Assembly: GCA_024704765.1 (NCBI GenBank)
Contig: JAKMXF010000070.1
Location: 1-10,631, forward strand
Direction: 5' to 3'
DNA from: Oopsacas minuta
Taxonomy: Eukaryota > Animalia > Porifera
DNA length: 10,631 bases
In this document: one piece after another, positions 7,565-10,631 of the stretch
How positions within the stretch are numbered: position 1 is the stretch's first letter
Layout of the letters: every line of letters starts with the position of its first letter
The notes under the pieces: model-generated
Seen by the model: only the letters and a program-made list of their open reading frames with translations
Databases searched by the model: none
What the model was told of the DNA's origin: nothing
Position numbers and translations under genes: made by a program

Positions 7565-7718
7565 TCAGGATTTTACTAGATTCAAAGTAGAATAGTCCAC
7601 TTCAGCAGTTTCTCTATCTTTTGAAGAAGTTGTCTGATAATCGTTTGATGAGTTAGAAAGAGAATTTGGTTCAGGAAACTTTGGTCTCGATGATGTGGTG
7701 AGTTGGTTATTAAGTGAA
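7565..7718 (-). CDS. Possible last coding exon of a host gene: Ser/Thr-rich tail ending ...AEVDYSTLNLVKS*
   Basis: Strong acceptor TGCTTTCTTTTCACCCAG| then 1 nt + 50 codons + TGA (SLNNQLTTSSRPKFPEPNSLSNSSNDYQTTSSKDRETAEVDYSTLNLVKS). No recognisable homology and no upstream exon identified. Confidence 0.35.
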
Positions 7719-7736
7719 CTGGGTGAAAAGAAAGCA
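7673..7736. repeat. Exact duplicate of 1-64, ending at a single N
   Basis: Direct comparison with 1-64; N at 7737. Confidence 0.95.
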
Positions 7737-8595
7737 NCAAGAATGCATTAATTGTCAAAAGATAGAACATTACATTTACAAAATAATGTTAATATTAACC
7801 GTACATAATATGCATTGTTGACCAACAATTCGCTGGGAAAGAAAATTGTACAATAGGCCTAACTTGTGCTGTGTAGTTCCTTATAATATAGTGCCAATCA
7901 ATGCAAAATCCGAATTTCGTGAATTTTAATATCTTGAAATCCTGACGTGATAGACCAATTCTGATTTCAAATTTGGAATCAACATCCCAAAGTTAGTCTA
8001 GGTAATATATTTTCATTTGAGGAATAAATTTGATGTTGCCCAGTGTAATTAGCGCTGGGGTCTTCCAGTTTCTTCAATCAATTCTGGGCATAAAATCTTT
8101 TATATATACAGATTAATTGCATTTTAATAGTATAGATCAGGTTATTTGGGGATAAATCCAACTGCTACAGAGACACTTGGCAGTAGTGCTAGAAGTCCTG
8201 ATGGGTACATCTGACCCAAAGGGGGGACTATTGACTCTACTGCCACAAGTTCGGGGGACAGATGGCATAACAATACCGGATTGTACGATCTTTCATCGAA
8301 AGATCATAATGTCCTACACACTTGCCAACATACGTGCGTTACATCAATCCCTGGACACCAGAAATTTGTTTGTCGCTCGCTACTCTCGCTCGTGTAAGTA
8401 ATCCCCTTCTCTGAAAGATGAAAATTAACAACTGACTCATCCAACAAAACCACTTTGAGACTGACAGACTTGTGGATTTCAATTGTTGCTACTAAAATTA
8501 TATTTGATGTTATTTGAAAAAGGCATCAAACCCACAAACAGTAGTTAAATAATTAATAAATCTGAAATTTTCGTTGGGGCGCTCTTGAATGGCAG

Positions 8596-8725
8596 GACAC
8601 CGGGTCCCAGCACTCAGGAAGCTCCGGAGCCCACTCTTTGCTCTGGGTCCCAATTAGGTTACGCTACTAGGGGGGGGGCATTATTATTGTCCGCTCGGGA
8701 GGCATTTTGTCGCAGTACGCCACTG
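8596..8725. repeat. GC-rich fragments of hAT-like MITE ends
   Basis: ...GGTTACGCTACT, CTAGGGGGGGGGC and ...GTACGCCACTG (reverse complement CAGTGGCGTAC, YARNG-type). No TSD could be defined. Confidence 0.3.
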
Positions 8726-8851
8726 TAAATGATAATACATGAATTAGGTCACAAAAATATTACATGATAAACAAGTTAAATTTAAAGTGGTTGAATAATC
8801 CAGATCTGGGCACCTTCTTAACCGTGCAATATTTATCCTGAAAGTGTATTA

Positions 8852-10179
8852 CAACGGGGGTTAAAATGTTCCCGACCTTGGTCATAGAATTAGAAGATAT
8901 AGGATATTATATTCCGTATCTGTATTCACAATGACCCTTATTCTATTATCTATTCAGAACTACTTTAACTTTCATCATATCGTCAATAATTTTTCTGGTT
9001 ACGATTATTTCAAATTTCTCAAGTTTTAACTATCCTTGTATTTTCCAGTATTCTCCAGGATTTATGGCTTCAAATTTGAAATTGGAGCAAAAATCCTATA
9101 TCAAAATTCGCATGCTTCTTGATATTGGCCCGAAGGATATTCTCATTGACTTGGAAGTCGTTTATGGGGATGCTAGTCTTTCATACACTATTGTAAAGGA
9201 GTGGGCCAAGCGGTTTCGTGAAGGACGAGAGTTACTGGAAGATGTTGAACGAATCGAGCGTCCCAGATCCGCCAACACAGCAGTAACACCTCTGAAATTC
9301 GCTGGAGAGTGGAAGAAGATCCTAATATCACTGTTGAAGAGTTAGTTGTGAGTGTAGGGAGCTCAATGGGAGCTATTCATTCCATACATACCAATGAATT
9401 GGCAAAATTTGTCGAAGTGGATCCCGAATTCCCTTACAAAGGCCCAAAAGGACCGTCGGGTTCTTGTGCAAGAAAAATGCTCCCCGAGTATAAAGACTCG
9501 GATCCAAGAAGGCTGGCAGAAATCATTACTGGTTACGAGACTTGGGTGAAATACGACGAGTCACTACCAAAGAAAGAAATAAGGTATGGGTCATAAAAGG
9601 TGAGGCGCCTCCTCTCAATCCTGGGCCGGACTTCAGAGATCAGAAGGTCCTGTACTCAATTTCCTTAATACACATGACCCAGTTGCTCAGATAATAATAT
9701 CAAAGAGGAAGACTATTACGGGGGACTTTTATGCCAACAGTTGCCTCTCAGAAGTAGAAAAACCTTACTGGGAGCGGAGGCCAAAGTCTAGATCGCGGGG
9801 CATGCAACTATTGCACGGTAATACACCGCATAAAACTAACTCGTAAAGTCAGAGTTGGATAGAATGAGAGTTGTTGAGCTGGATCACCTACCCTACTCAC
9901 TTGATCTCGCTCCTTGTGAGTTCTGGCTCTTTGCAAATTTGAAAAAGGACTACAGGCAGGCATTTTGACACCAGAATGACCTAGGGAACGCAATTTGGAG
10001 ATCCCTAAAAGACATACCCCCCGAAGACTATAAAAATGTATTTTTTAAATGGCTAGATCATCTAAACGAGTTATAGACGTTAATGGTGATTATTTCGAGA
10101 AATATAACAATTGTACATGTATATTCTGTATAGTTACAAAAATATGGGGTAGGGTCGGGAACCTTTTGAACGCCCGTTG
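8852..10179 (+). mobile_element. Full-length (1328 bp) inactive mariner element B
   Basis: TIRs 8852-8877 and 10153-10179 (24/27 columns), TA flanks at 8850-8851 and 10180-10181. The inverted match extends to TATTA/TAATA, so the boundary could be 3 bp further out. Length is typical of mariner. Confidence 0.95.
9064..10106 (+). pseudogene. Mariner transposase pseudogene B (DD34D-type, all three Asp substituted)
   Basis: MASNLKLEQKSYIKIR...VYGDASLSYTIVKEWAKRFREGRELLED (HTH), SKWIPNSLT, IITG(Y)ETW, TITGDFYA, LLH(G)N, HLPYSLDLAPC(E)FWLF, GDYFEK, with many frameshifts and stops. Confidence 0.95.
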
Positions 10180-10222
10180 TAATATCGTTCAGTAAAAGAC
10201 ACATATGACATTTAATAATACG

Positions 10223-10292
10223 ACCGCGCTCCTTTGCTCGCGCTACGCGGTTGCGAACACTTTGTTTCCCCACTCGGGCTACGGCCCTCGAG
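10223..10292. other. Pair of GC-rich hairpins, possibly the end of a rolling-circle (Helitron/Helentron-like) element
   Basis: ACCGCG(10223-10228)/CGCGGT(10246-10251) stem. GGGC-TACG-GCCC (10276-10287) extended by CTC/GAG across a 2-nt bulge. The element assignment is inference only. Confidence 0.3.
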
Positions 10293-10631
10293 TATATAAA
10301 CTCATAATCTTAACCGTAGCAAACATGATACTGCCATAATCTATAAATCTGCTTACTTTATGTCCCCAAAAGTGAGTAAATATTCACAGTATATTGTTTA
10401 CAATATCATATTTGGGCTCAGCATATTAGATTACCCCAGTATAGTCGTTGAAAGTATGATTCTACCACAATTTTGAAATTTGTTTACTTTATATTCATAA
10501 AACAACAATAAATTTACAAATGCGAAATTCGGATTAAGCGTACTTAGTTACCCCTGGGTAACCGTTTAAACCAATGAATTTACATACGATTACTCCAAAA
10601 GTGTGAAAATTGGATTCAGCATGTCTAATAA

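Noticed and set aside
9808-10273. Minus-strand ORFs 9808-9993 and 10058-10273
   Set aside because: Antisense to mariner B or crossing its TIR into unrelated flank.
1-10631. Assigning the host taxon (the TE proteins recall sponge, cnidarian or lophotrochozoan assemblies)
   Set aside because: Memory-based resemblance only; these families are widespread and horizontally transferred.

Overview
AT-rich eukaryotic (probably invertebrate animal) genomic DNA from a gapped draft assembly, with a 470-N gap at 1435-1904 and a single N at 7737. It contains no prokaryotic operon, rRNA, tRNA or CRISPR array, and no intact protein-coding gene can be supported. The window is a pile of decayed cut-and-paste DNA transposons: (1) a minus-strand DD34D mariner (633-1434) running into the gap; (2) a P-element/THAP9-type transposase fossil (1905-~2713, +) that the ORF track misses, with a relic 61-bp intron and a candidate right TIR; (3) an internally deleted Ginger2-like (KRBA2/SCAND3-integrase family) element at 3550-5419, with TGT...ACA ends, 65-bp TIRs, a TATA TSD and a hierarchical subterminal repeat array at one end only; (4) a 626-bp MITE with a 7-bp TSD nested at the edge of that array; (5) three pogo/Tigger-type MITEs; (6) a full-length dead mariner (8852-10179, +) with all three catalytic Asp codons substituted. 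A possible host terminal exon (7565-7718, -) ends in an ITIM-like VDYSTL, and its 5' part is duplicated exactly at 1-64. All family assignments come from motif recognition from memory; no database search was run.
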